Source of the DNA: an uncultured Chthoniobacterales bacterium
GTDB taxonomy: Bacteria; Verrucomicrobiota; Verrucomicrobiia; Chthoniobacterales; UBA10450
DNA: 64,000 nucleotides
Assembly: GCA_964236815.1 (NCBI GenBank)
Contig: CAXSFN010000020.1
Location: 487 to 64,486 of the forward strand
Reading direction: 5' to 3'
Shown here piece after piece: positions 35,845 through 44,442 of this stretch. The notes below the pieces were generated by a model. It was given only the letters and a program-made list of their open reading frames with translations. It was not told where the DNA came from and did no database searches. Numbering within the stretch: the stretch's first letter is position 1; every line of letters begins with the position of its first letter. A program made the position numbers and the translations under genes.

Positions 35845-36948
35845 TTAGACTGAAGGTTCGCTCGAGGTGTGCTCCGGGAACATCGCCAGAATGCTCGATT
35901 CGTTCGCCGCACAGATGCCGCGTTCCGTAATTAGTCCTGTGACCAATCGCCGCGGCGTAATATCGAATCCGTAGTTCGCCGCCGGACTGCTCTCAGGCGC
36001 GAGACGCACCTCCACCTGCCGGCCGTCGCTCCAGCCGTCCGCATGCTTCACCTCGTCCGCGCCGCGTTCTTCGATCGGAATTTCCGTGAGGCCGTCACGC
36101 ATTTTCCAGTCGAACGATGAGGACGGCAGCGCGACATAAAACGGCACGCCGTTATCCTTCGCCGCCAGCGCCTTCAAGTAAGTGCCAATCTTGTTCGCGA
36201 CATCGCCGGTGTAAGTCGTGCGATCCGTTCCGACGATTACGAGATCGACCTCGCCGCGCTGCATGAGATGTCCGCCCGTGTTATCGGCGATGACGGTATG
36301 AGCCACGCCATGTTGGCCCAGTTCCCACGCGGTCAACTTGGAGCCCTGGCCGCGCGGCCGCGTTTCATCGACCCAAACATGAACCGGCAGGCCGAGATCG
36401 TGCGCGGCGTAAATCGGCGCGGTCGCTGAACCGTGATCTACGAATGCCAGCCAACCAGCGTTGCAATGCGTCAGCACATTCACCGGGTGGCCGCCTTTAC
36501 GTCCGGCGATTTCGCGAATCAACTCGAGCCCGTGCTCGCCGATCAGCCGGCAATAGCGCGCATCTTCTTCTGCAATTTGCTCCGCCGTCTCACGCGCGAA
36601 ATAAATTTTCTCTTCCGGCGTTTTCCCGCGCGCCAGACTTTGCATCTGCCGCTCGATCGCCCAAGCCAGATTCACCGCGGTCGGGCGCGTCGCCTTCAGT
36701 TGCGTGGCAGCTTCATCGAGGTCGGCCTTCGCGCATGCCGCCAGATACATTCCGTAACCGGCGGCAGCGCCGATCAGCCCCGCTCCACGCACGTGCATGT
36801 CGCGAATGGCGCTGGCCATACGTTCGAAGGTCGCGACATCTTCGATCACAAATTGATGCGGCAGGAAACGCTGGTCGATAAGTTGGACGACCCTTTCGTC
36901 GCCCGGTTTAAGCCAGATGGTTCGGTAATGTCGTCCGCTTACATTCAT
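35845..36948 (-). CDS. mtnA: S-methyl-5-thioribose-1-phosphate isomerase
   Basis: 367 aa. LIDQRFLPHQ, MHVRGAGLIGAAAGYG, TRPTAVNL, THCNAG and VGTDR are motifs of the eIF-2B/MtnA family. Confidence 0.9.
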   Translation of the reverse strand: MNVSGRHYRTIWLKPGDERVVQLIDQRFLPHQFVIEDVATFERMASAIRDMHVRGAGLIGAAAGYGMYLAACAKADLDEAATQLKATRPTAVNLAWAIERQMQSLARGKTPEEKIYFARETAEQIAEEDARYCRLIGEHGLELIREIAGRKGGHPVNVLTHCNAGWLAFVDHGSATAPIYAAHDLGLPVHVWVDETRPRGQGSKLTAWELGQHGVAHTVIADNTGGHLMQRGEVDLVIVGTDRTTYTGDVANKIGTYLKALAAKDNGVPFYVALPSSSFDWKMRDGLTEIPIEERGADEVKHADGWSDGRQVEVRLAPESSPAANYGFDITPRRLVTGLITERGICAANESSILAMFPEHTSSEPSV

Positions 36949-37094
36949 GCTTCATCCCGCTCTTTGATCATAATCTGCTCCGACCCGAAAGACGCGGCAA
37001 TTTGATCAGACGTGCAATCGGCTTCATGCGCGGGAGGGGCGCGGCAACCCGCCGTTTACAAAGGAGCTAGTTTCGCCATATTGGCCGTCCTCCA

Positions 37095-37592
37095 ATGGGA
37101 ATTTTGCTCAACATTGTTCTGGTTGTTTTTGTCCTCGTCGCCTTGCTCATGATCCTGGTCATCCTGATGCAACGCCCCAAAAGCGAAGGCCTGGGTGCGG
37201 CCTTCGGCGGCGGCATGACGGATAATCTTTTCGGCGCGCAAACCACCAACGTGCTGGTGAAATTTACCGGCTGGCTGGCCGGCCTTTTCTTCGCGCTCAC
37301 TTTCCTGCTCTCAATTCTCTACGCGCACAACACCAATGCGAACAGCAGCGGTCTGCGGCGTGAGTTGATGAAAACGGAAGGCGGCGCCGCTGCCTTGCCC
37401 GGCGCATCGGCCGCTCCCTCCTCTGCGGTTGGCGCCCCAAATACCGTCACAAATCCGACGCCGGGAGCGGATCAACCTGCGATCGATCAGGCGCAACCGT
37501 TGACTCCGGCGGATCAGGCGGTCGGCATCACGGCGCCAGCTGCTGCGCCTGCGGCGCCGGTGCCCGCGGCGTCCGCCAAGCCTTCTCCCTAG
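37095..37592 (+). CDS. secG: preprotein translocase subunit SecG with long Ala/Pro-rich C-terminal extension
   Basis: N-terminal 75 aa (VLVVFVLVALLMILVILMQRPKSEGLGAAFGGG...NLFGAQ...) is canonical SecG. About 90 extra low-complexity residues follow. Confidence 0.8.
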   Translation: MGILLNIVLVVFVLVALLMILVILMQRPKSEGLGAAFGGGMTDNLFGAQTTNVLVKFTGWLAGLFFALTFLLSILYAHNTNANSSGLRRELMKTEGGAAALPGASAAPSSAVGAPNTVTNPTPGADQPAIDQAQPLTPADQAVGITAPAAAPAAPVPAASAKPSP

Positions 37593-37693
37593 CCTGTTGC
37601 TTGCGGTGTTGATCGTGACGGCGATGTCTCGTCGTTCGTAGGCCCCACAGATCGCGCACTTGCTGCGGTTGCGTCGCGCTGCTTGGTTGCATC

Positions 37694-38512
37694 TTGATGG
37701 CAATTCCACTCGAAGATAACGCTGGGGACATTATCGGGAAGGCGCAACGCGGCCTCGCCCTTTCCGATAGTCAGCTTGCGGAAAAATCGGGTCTGAATCC
37801 TGAACAAACCCGGCGTCTGCGTGACGGGAATGTGGATCAGGAGATCGCGCGTCGCGTAGCGCCCGCTTTGAATTTGCAGCCCGATGCGCTCGCAAAACTG
37901 GTGAGCGGAAAATGGGAGCCGGAGACGGTCGACGAGATCGATGGCCTGGCCCAGTTCAATACGCCGTTCGACGACATGACGGTAAACTCTTATCTGGTCT
38001 GGGACCCGGCTTCGCGCGCCGCAATCGCGTTCGACAGCGGCACTGACTGCAGCGGAATGTTAGCGCGCGCCCGCGACGAGCAACTCGAGATCACACTCAT
38101 TCTGCTCACGCATTCGCATTCCGATCACGTTGCCGATTTAGCGCGGCTTAAATCGGAAACCGCCGCGCCGGTTTATATTTCCGGCCGCGAATCGATCTCC
38201 GGCGCGGAAAAAATCGAGGAGGGAAAAACCTTCCAGGCCGGCGCGCTCGCGATTGAATCGCTCCTTACCTGGGGTCACTCGTTAGGCGGAATGACTTTCG
38301 TGGTGCGCGGTCTGGCCCGCCCGATCGCCATCGTGGGCGACGCTATTTTCGCCGCGTCCATGGGCGGGGGCGCCATTTCGTTTCAGGCCGCCTGGCATAA
38401 CAACCAGGAAAAGATTCTCACTTTGCCTAACGAGACCATCATCTGTCCGGGCCACGGGCCGATGACCACGGTGGAGAAAGAGAAACGCGAAAATCCATTC
38501 TTCGCCAAATGA
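37694..38512 (+). CDS. MBL-fold metallo-hydrolase (glyoxalase II-like) with N-terminal HTH-like domain
   Basis: 272 aa. N-terminal Xre-like stretch (LALSDSQLAEKSGLNPEQTRRLRDGN), then LLTHSHSDHV metal motif and ...CPGHGP. Confidence 0.75.
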   Translation: MMAIPLEDNAGDIIGKAQRGLALSDSQLAEKSGLNPEQTRRLRDGNVDQEIARRVAPALNLQPDALAKLVSGKWEPETVDEIDGLAQFNTPFDDMTVNSYLVWDPASRAAIAFDSGTDCSGMLARARDEQLEITLILLTHSHSDHVADLARLKSETAAPVYISGRESISGAEKIEEGKTFQAGALAIESLLTWGHSLGGMTFVVRGLARPIAIVGDAIFAASMGGGAISFQAAWHNNQEKILTLPNETIICPGHGPMTTVEKEKRENPFFAK

Positions 38513-39402
38513 ACATCGGGTTTGTCGGAGTTGGACGGATGGGCGCGAACATGGCGCGGCGGCTGAAGGATCGCGGGCATCATGTGACGGCGCTCTTCGA
38601 TTCGAATCGCGCCACGGTCACCGCGCTCGCGCAGGAAATCGGAGCAACCGCCTGCCCGACTCTCGGCGATGTGACGGCGGGCGCTGACGTGATTTTCACT
38701 GTCGTCTCCGACGACGCGGCGATGCGCCAGATTTTCAGCGGCGACGATAATTTGCTTATCAATGCGCAGGGGAAATTGTTCATTAACTGCGCGACGATCT
38801 CGCCCGCGGTGCATCTCGAAGTTGAACAGCTCGCGCACGAAGCCGGCGCCGAAACGCTCGAAGCCTGCATGGCCTCAAGCATCACGCAGGCGCGCGAAGG
38901 TTCGCTCTATTTAATGTGCGGTGGAAGCGAGGAAGCGTTTCGGCGCGCCGAGCCGTTCCTGAAAGATCTCAGCGCATCGCTGCGTTTCGTCGGAAAAAGC
39001 GGTGAGGCTGCGAAGGTAAAGGCGCTTGTAAACATGGTGATGAATATCAACACCGCGGGCTTGGCGGAAGGTTTGGGATTGGGCGACGCGCTTGGTCTCG
39101 ACCTCTCCATGCTGCGGGAAGTTTTCGGCCAGACCGGCGCGGCTTCGCGTGTCCTGCAAACCGACGGCGAGGACATGCAGAACCGCGAGCACAGCTGTTT
39201 CTTTTCGGCTGCGCACGCAGCGAAAGACAGCGGCATCGCGCTCGATCTCGCGGAAGAAGTTGGCCTCGATCTTCCGCTCGCGCGCGCCACCAAAGAACAA
39301 TATGAAGCGATGAACGCGGAGGGTCTCGGTGAGCTCGATAAGTCAGGGATAGCCGAGATGACTTTTAAAGGGCGGCACAAACATTCCGGCGATCGCGTGT
39401 GA
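38509..39402 (+). CDS. NAD(P)-dependent beta-hydroxyacid dehydrogenase (3-hydroxyisobutyrate dehydrogenase family)
   Basis: 297 aa. MNIGFVGVGRMGANMARRL dinucleotide fold, GKSGEAAKVKALVNM, AHAAKD. 4-nt overlap with the upstream gene. Confidence 0.85.
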   Translation: MNIGFVGVGRMGANMARRLKDRGHHVTALFDSNRATVTALAQEIGATACPTLGDVTAGADVIFTVVSDDAAMRQIFSGDDNLLINAQGKLFINCATISPAVHLEVEQLAHEAGAETLEACMASSITQAREGSLYLMCGGSEEAFRRAEPFLKDLSASLRFVGKSGEAAKVKALVNMVMNINTAGLAEGLGLGDALGLDLSMLREVFGQTGAASRVLQTDGEDMQNREHSCFFSAAHAAKDSGIALDLAEEVGLDLPLARATKEQYEAMNAEGLGELDKSGIAEMTFKGRHKHSGDRV

Positions 39403-39445
39403 GGGTTAAAACGACTTATGTACGACGATTTTTTTCTCCGGCACA

Positions 39446-40840
39446 TCAGGCGACGATGCGTTCGTTCCCTGCGTAGATGTTCATCGTTTCGCCGCGAATG
39501 AATCCAACCAACGTCTGATTGCTTTCACGCGCGAATTCGACCGCGAGCGAAGTCGGCGCGGAAATGGCAGCGACGATCGGAATACCAGCGGCGAGCGCCT
39601 TCTGCATCATCTCGAACGAGACGCGACCGCTTAAAAACAGGACGCGGTCGCTCAGCGGCAATTCTTTTCTGAGCAATGCCTGACCGATCAGTTTATCGAG
39701 CGCATTATGCCGTCCGACGTCTTCGCGGATCGTCTTTAGGTTGCCGTCGAGATCGAAAAGCGCGCAGGCATGCAGACCTCCAGTGCGATTGAAGGTCTCC
39801 TGGTTTTCACGCAGAGCATTCGGGAGGGTGAGCAACATCTGCGCGGAAACGCGGCATGCATTTTCAATCGCAGGAAAATTTTGCCGCACTGCCTCGATCG
39901 TCGCTTTGCTGCAAATGCCACAGCTCGATGAGCTGAATACATTTCGGGTTAGCTTCGAAGGATCGAACGATTTTGGATTGGTTAGGGCGACGTCCACGAG
40001 GTTGTCCGCGGTCGCGCTGCCGCACTGTGTGATATCGAAAATATCCGGGGCGCCCTGGACGATATTTTCGCTCAGGAGGAAACCGGCGGCGAGCTCGCGG
40101 TCGTGGCCCGGAGTTCGCATCACGACTGCGATACTGCGGCCTTCGATGCGGATCTCGAGCGGTTCTTCGACCGCGACCTGATCGGTGCGGGATTCGTTCC
40201 CCGCCTTTGCATCGTGACGAATTAAGTTTGTCGTTAGGATAGAAGGGAGCGCATCTCCGCCGGGCTCGGAGGGCCGGTTTGATCGCAGCGCATCGAGATC
40301 ATTCGGCGTGTTCATGTTAAAAAAGAGCGGCTCAATTTTTTGCTCGATCTCTTTTAGCCTAACAAGTCCTGCCGCGAGCGCGCGCCGGCAAAACTCCTGC
40401 ATGGAATAGTCACCCGACCGAAGAGAGTCTTCCGCCAGCGCGCGGACCAAGCGCGGATAGACGGCGGCGAGAGGTTCGAGCCGGTCCGGCATACCTGGAA
40501 CGACTCCGCAGCTCGCCGCTGAAAGTGAGAGCAACTCTTGCAGAAAACCGGACGTCATCTGCGGAAGATCGATCGCAAGCACGACAAGCAACGGCGTCGA
40601 GCAAATGCGGAGGCTGGCTACAATACCGCCGAGCGGGCCGGCGTGGTCGCATGCATCGGGAATGTGCGGATAGCGATCGCACGGGAGCAAGCCGCTAAGA
40701 AAAATTTCGGCCGGCTGAAGTTCCTCCAGGACGCGAAGCTGTCGCTGCCAAAGCGGAAGACCGTCAATTTCAATCAGCGCTTTGTCGCGTCCCATGCGGC
40801 TGGATTTTCCGCCTGCTAAAAGGACTGCGCTGAAGTTCAC
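39446..40840 (-). CDS. bifunctional molybdenum cofactor guanylyltransferase MobA / sulfurtransferase FdhD fusion
   Basis: 464 aa. N-terminal AVLLAGGKSSRMGRDKALIEIDG (MobA). The C-terminal ~270 aa carry SSSCGICS, GGLHACALFD and VGRHNALDKLIG (FdhD). Confidence 0.85.
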   Translation of the reverse strand: MNFSAVLLAGGKSSRMGRDKALIEIDGLPLWQRQLRVLEELQPAEIFLSGLLPCDRYPHIPDACDHAGPLGGIVASLRICSTPLLVVLAIDLPQMTSGFLQELLSLSAASCGVVPGMPDRLEPLAAVYPRLVRALAEDSLRSGDYSMQEFCRRALAAGLVRLKEIEQKIEPLFFNMNTPNDLDALRSNRPSEPGGDALPSILTTNLIRHDAKAGNESRTDQVAVEEPLEIRIEGRSIAVVMRTPGHDRELAAGFLLSENIVQGAPDIFDITQCGSATADNLVDVALTNPKSFDPSKLTRNVFSSSSCGICSKATIEAVRQNFPAIENACRVSAQMLLTLPNALRENQETFNRTGGLHACALFDLDGNLKTIREDVGRHNALDKLIGQALLRKELPLSDRVLFLSGRVSFEMMQKALAAGIPIVAAISAPTSLAVEFARESNQTLVGFIRGETMNIYAGNERIVA

Positions 40841-41325
40841 TTCTGAGCGGCGTGGGCCAGCTCGGGCACGCCGATCTCAAGCCAACCACTCGTTAGAATT
40901 CGCGCCCTCAGGCCGCCCTTGCCGCGGAGCCACTCTTCGGCGCCGGGCGCGAAAGCCTGGTTCATCCAATAGCAAGGTTTGCAATGCGCCGCGCCGAAGA
41001 GGCGGATGCCTTGCAGCATGAATTCCTGGCCAATGAGCGAATTTAAATCCACGCCGGATACCATGACGTTACGGCGCAACACGCCGGGTGACTTTTCCTC
41101 GGCGGAAGGAAAGGCCTCGCGGAGGTCATTAAAGATTTCGCGCGAAAAAAATGTGATCTGTCCCTTGTAATCGTCCTTGTAGTCAAAGAAACGATCGCCG
41201 CGCAAACCGGACCCGGCGACGCATTCGACCCGATCGACTTCAAGGAGCGGAAAGTCATCCGCCGGCCGACCGGCGTGCCCAAAATAATTGTGACCGGGCG
41301 AAATGAAAATCTGCTCGATGACCAC
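40837..41325 (-). CDS. MOSC domain-containing protein
   Basis: 162 aa. ISPGHNYFGH...GLRGDRF..., CKPC and RARILTSG resemble the MOSC (Moco sulfurase C-terminal) fold. 4-nt overlap with mobA-fdhD. Confidence 0.75.
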   Translation of the reverse strand: MVIEQIFISPGHNYFGHAGRPADDFPLLEVDRVECVAGSGLRGDRFFDYKDDYKGQITFFSREIFNDLREAFPSAEEKSPGVLRRNVMVSGVDLNSLIGQEFMLQGIRLFGAAHCKPCYWMNQAFAPGAEEWLRGKGGLRARILTSGWLEIGVPELAHAAQK

Positions 41326-41359
41326 GGAAGAAAAGTAGCATGTGCTAGGTTATGCGCGC

Positions 41360-43117
41360 ATGGGAACAGTCTGGCGCGTCTTCAGTTATTTGCGGCGGTA
41401 TCCGATTCTGGCGCTCTCGACCCTGGCATGCGCGATCGTGGGCACGCTGATGGTGGTGGTCTTTCCGGCAGTAGCAAAGCTGGTCATCGATCAGGTGCTG
41501 GTGCAACACCGGCCGGAGCGTCTTACTCCGCTGCTGCTAATCGCGACGCTGGCGTTTTTCCTTCAGCACGGCCTGAATTCGTTGCGCATTATTCTGAACA
41601 ACACCTTCGAACAAAAGGTGGTTTTCGATCTGCGGAGCGATCTCTACCAGCACATCCAATTGCTGCCGCTGCGCTGGTTCGATAATCGCGCCACAGGGGA
41701 TCTAATGACGCGCATTCTCGAGGATGTGAACTCGGTCGAGCGCATGCTGATTGACGGGATCGAACAAGGTGTCGTCGCGCTCCTGCAAGTAATCATTGTC
41801 CTGAGTATGATGATCTATGTGAGCGGGACGCTGGCATTGGTCGGCCTGGCGCCGATGCCACTTCTGGCCGGCGGCGCGCTTTGGTACACGCTGACCGCAC
41901 ATCGGCGCTATCGACTGCAACGGCGCGCCTCCTCGGCGATGAATTCGTTGCTGCACGACAATCTCTCCGGCATTCGCCAGATCAAAAGTTTCGTGCGCGA
42001 AAAAGAGGAGCACAGCCGGTTCAACATGGTCAGCGCTCAGCTCCGCGTGGCCACGCTGGTGGTGATGAAAGTTTGGGCGATTTACAACCCGGCGATGCTA
42101 CTCATCAGCTCGCTCGGAGTGATGGCCGTTGTCTGGGTGGGTGCGCGCGAAGTGCTAAGCGGCGCGATGCAACTCGGGGACCTGGCCGCGTTCCTCGTCC
42201 TTGCCGGTTTTCTTTACGAGCCGATCGGGAAATTGCATCAGCTCAATCAATTGGTGCAGGCCGGACGCGCGGCGGGCGAGCGGGTTTTCGAGATCATCGA
42301 CGAGCCGATCGAGCCGGGCTGGGATTCCGGCGAGGCGAGCGCGACGGAAATCGCCGGTGACGTGCGTTTCAATGACGTCGGTTTCAGTTACACGGAAGGA
42401 AGTTTGCCGGCGCTGCAGCACATCAGCTTCCACGCACGTCCCGGTGAAACGATCGCGCTCGTCGGGACCACCGGCGCCGGTAAGTCCACCCTGGTGAATT
42501 TGCTGACGCGCTTTTACGAATACGACGCTGGCGAAATTCTGATCGACGACACGCCGATCCGTCAGTTCGGCACGCGCCGTTTGCGCGAAATGATCGCGGT
42601 CGTGACGCAGGAGAGTTTTCTCTTCAACGGAACGATTCGCGAAAACCTGCTCATGGGAAAACCGGAGGCGAGCGACGAAGAAGTCCTGCGCGCGGCGGAC
42701 GCTGCGAACGCACGGCCATTCATCGACCGGATGCCGGACGGATTGAACAGCGTGGTCGGTGAGCGCGGGGTCAAACTAAGCGTTGGCGAAAAACAGCGGC
42801 TCTCGATTGCGCGCGCGCTTTTGAAGGATCCGCCGATTCTGATTTTAGACGAAGCAACCGCGAGCGTGGATACAACGACGGAGCGCTTGATTCAGGAAGC
42901 GCTCGAGCATCTGATGGCGGACCGGACCTGCTTCGTCATCGCGCATCGGCTTTCGACGATCTTGCGGGCGGATCAGATTCTGGTCGTGGAGCGCGGCCGT
43001 ATCATTGAGCGCGGCACGCATGGCGAACTCGTGGAATTAGGCGGAAAATACGCGCGGCTCTGGGAGCAGAGTTTCCTGGAGACGGATGTGGAGAAGAAGC
43101 TGACCGCGAATGTGTGA
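41360..43117 (+). CDS. ABC transporter permease/ATP-binding protein (type I exporter, MsbA-like)
   Basis: Six-TM domain plus NBD (GTTGAGKST, LSVGEKQRLSIARAL, ILILDEATAS, AHRLST). ATG 41360 preferred; the track start is GTG 41342. Confidence 0.9.
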   Translation: MGTVWRVFSYLRRYPILALSTLACAIVGTLMVVVFPAVAKLVIDQVLVQHRPERLTPLLLIATLAFFLQHGLNSLRIILNNTFEQKVVFDLRSDLYQHIQLLPLRWFDNRATGDLMTRILEDVNSVERMLIDGIEQGVVALLQVIIVLSMMIYVSGTLALVGLAPMPLLAGGALWYTLTAHRRYRLQRRASSAMNSLLHDNLSGIRQIKSFVREKEEHSRFNMVSAQLRVATLVVMKVWAIYNPAMLLISSLGVMAVVWVGAREVLSGAMQLGDLAAFLVLAGFLYEPIGKLHQLNQLVQAGRAAGERVFEIIDEPIEPGWDSGEASATEIAGDVRFNDVGFSYTEGSLPALQHISFHARPGETIALVGTTGAGKSTLVNLLTRFYEYDAGEILIDDTPIRQFGTRRLREMIAVVTQESFLFNGTIRENLLMGKPEASDEEVLRAADAANARPFIDRMPDGLNSVVGERGVKLSVGEKQRLSIARALLKDPPILILDEATASVDTTTERLIQEALEHLMADRTCFVIAHRLSTILRADQILVVERGRIIERGTHGELVELGGKYARLWEQSFLETDVEKKLTANV

Positions 43118-43149
43118 ATCCGAAACGCGCGGAGCGTGTTTCAGTCAGA

Positions 43150-43713
43150 TTAATCGCTACTGCTACGAGAAGCGGCCGCGGCGTTTAGGAGCTCCTCGTG
43201 TTTTTGTTCGAGCTCGCGGTAGCGCGCTTCCGCTTCCACCAGCGCGCGGCGTTCCTCGCGCAAGGCTTGCTCGAGCTCGCGAATCCGGTCTTCCAATTTG
43301 ATGGAAATTCCGGCGGCGGCAGGGCCGGAAAAATTATCTGGCGTTTCCTCGATCGGTTCCTGCGCGGCCAGTAAATCGGCGATGCCGCGGATTTGCTGAC
43401 GGCTCCCATCGCAGGCGTTGATGACAAAAGTGTCGTCGTCGATTTCGCCGAGCCGAATGAATTCCCGAATGGCGCCGAGAGTGGTCGGGCCGTAGAGCCG
43501 CTCGCTCGTCACTTCCACGATCCAATCCATGGCCAGCTCCGGCAGCATGGGCGCCTTCATCCACGTGAGTTGATCGGTCGAAAGCGAATCGTGCGGCGCG
43601 ACCTGCGCGGTCGAGGCCCAGCGGCTCAGTTGCGCGAAACTGAGCGGACCGAAGGTGCTGCCATCTTCGTGTTTGCGCAGAAACCAACCGTGCGCGGCCG
43701 GCGCTTCCATCAC
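43150..43713 (-). CDS. GYF_2 (DUF4339) domain protein with C-terminal coiled coil
   Basis: 187 aa. WFLRKHEDGSTFGPLSFAQLSRWA...LTWMKAPMLPEL and a second GYF-like repeat (LYGPTTLGAIREFI). ATG overlaps the LysM gene stop. Confidence 0.6.
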   Translation of the reverse strand: MMEAPAAHGWFLRKHEDGSTFGPLSFAQLSRWASTAQVAPHDSLSTDQLTWMKAPMLPELAMDWIVEVTSERLYGPTTLGAIREFIRLGEIDDDTFVINACDGSRQQIRGIADLLAAQEPIEETPDNFSGPAAAGISIKLEDRIRELEQALREERRALVEAEARYRELEQKHEELLNAAAASRSSSD

Positions 43714-44168
43714 TCGTTAGGCGAAGCCGCGGGCGCGGCGCCAGGCGCGGGAATCATGATTGTCTGCCCGATCTGCAAGGCGCGGTCGTTCTCGATGTGA
43801 TTGAATTTTTGCAGCTCCTGCACGCCGACGCGGTTGGCTTTGGCGATGGAAGTGAGGGTCTCGCCTTTGGTCACGACATGCGCGTTGCCGGCGCCGGCCG
43901 GAGCGGATGATGGCGTGGCTGCAGTGCTCGCAGTGGAAGGAGTGCTTTCGCCGATCATCACGCCAGGGCGGATGTTAGAAATCTGCTGTTCGAGCTTGAG
44001 GAGTTGCTGCGAAAGCGCGTCGATCTTGGTGTTTTGCTGATCGATTTTTTTCGTGAGGGCTTCCAACTGGGCCGCGGTTTTATCGCTGCCGCCAGGCGCG
44101 AAGGTTTGCGCGGAGATTTGCAGGCAAAAAACGAAAAGAAGGCAGAACGGGAGAACGAAGCGCTTCAT
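43710..44168 (-). CDS. LysM peptidoglycan-binding domain protein, secreted
   Basis: ATG 44168 (MKRFVLPFCLLFVFCLQISAQ signal peptide). C-terminal LysM HVVTKGETLTSIAKANRVGVQELQKFNHIENDRALQIGQTIMIP. Confidence 0.75.
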   Translation of the reverse strand: MKRFVLPFCLLFVFCLQISAQTFAPGGSDKTAAQLEALTKKIDQQNTKIDALSQQLLKLEQQISNIRPGVMIGESTPSTASTAATPSSAPAGAGNAHVVTKGETLTSIAKANRVGVQELQKFNHIENDRALQIGQTIMIPAPGAAPAASPNE

Positions 44169-44268
44169 TTGCGGAGGATGGTGACATTTGACGCGGATTG
44201 AGGCAAGCGCGTGGAGCTGGGCCGCCGCCATGGCTTGCGTTTGCGGGAATCGTATTTAGTTTTTTCGC

Positions 44269-44442
44269 ATGCCCGAGCGCATCGAACGACCGACGGTTCC
44301 GTGGGCACCGAAGCAGGGCGGCGAAGGCGAGGGACCCAAGGCTCCGGATATCTCGCGGCCCAATACGGAGGAGCTGCTAAAGAAGATGCGCAAGGTCGAT
44401 CCCAATCAGTCCAAGCGCTATCGACAGCGCACGGGCCAGTGA
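44269..44442 (+). CDS. UBact / Pup-like prokaryotic ubiquitin-like modifier (57 aa)
   Basis: ORF below the track cut-off, hidden under the GTG-extended prcB ORF: MPERIERPTVPWAPKQGGEGEGPKAPDISRPNTEELLKKMRKVDPNQSKRYRQRTGQ. Gly/Pro-rich N-half, helical LLKKMRKVDP..KRYRQRTGQ C-half, terminal Gln. The stop overlaps the prcB ATG (TGATG). Sits where pup sits in actinobacterial pup-prcB-prcA operons. Confidence 0.75.
   Translation: MPERIERPTVPWAPKQGGEGEGPKAPDISRPNTEELLKKMRKVDPNQSKRYRQRTGQ

Noticed and set aside
44211-44441. GTG-extended N-terminus of the prcB ORF (MELGRRHGLRLRESYL...)
   Set aside because: Arg/Gly-rich and unlike any PrcB propeptide. The same DNA in another frame encodes the UBact-like ORF, whose stop abuts the ATG at 44442.
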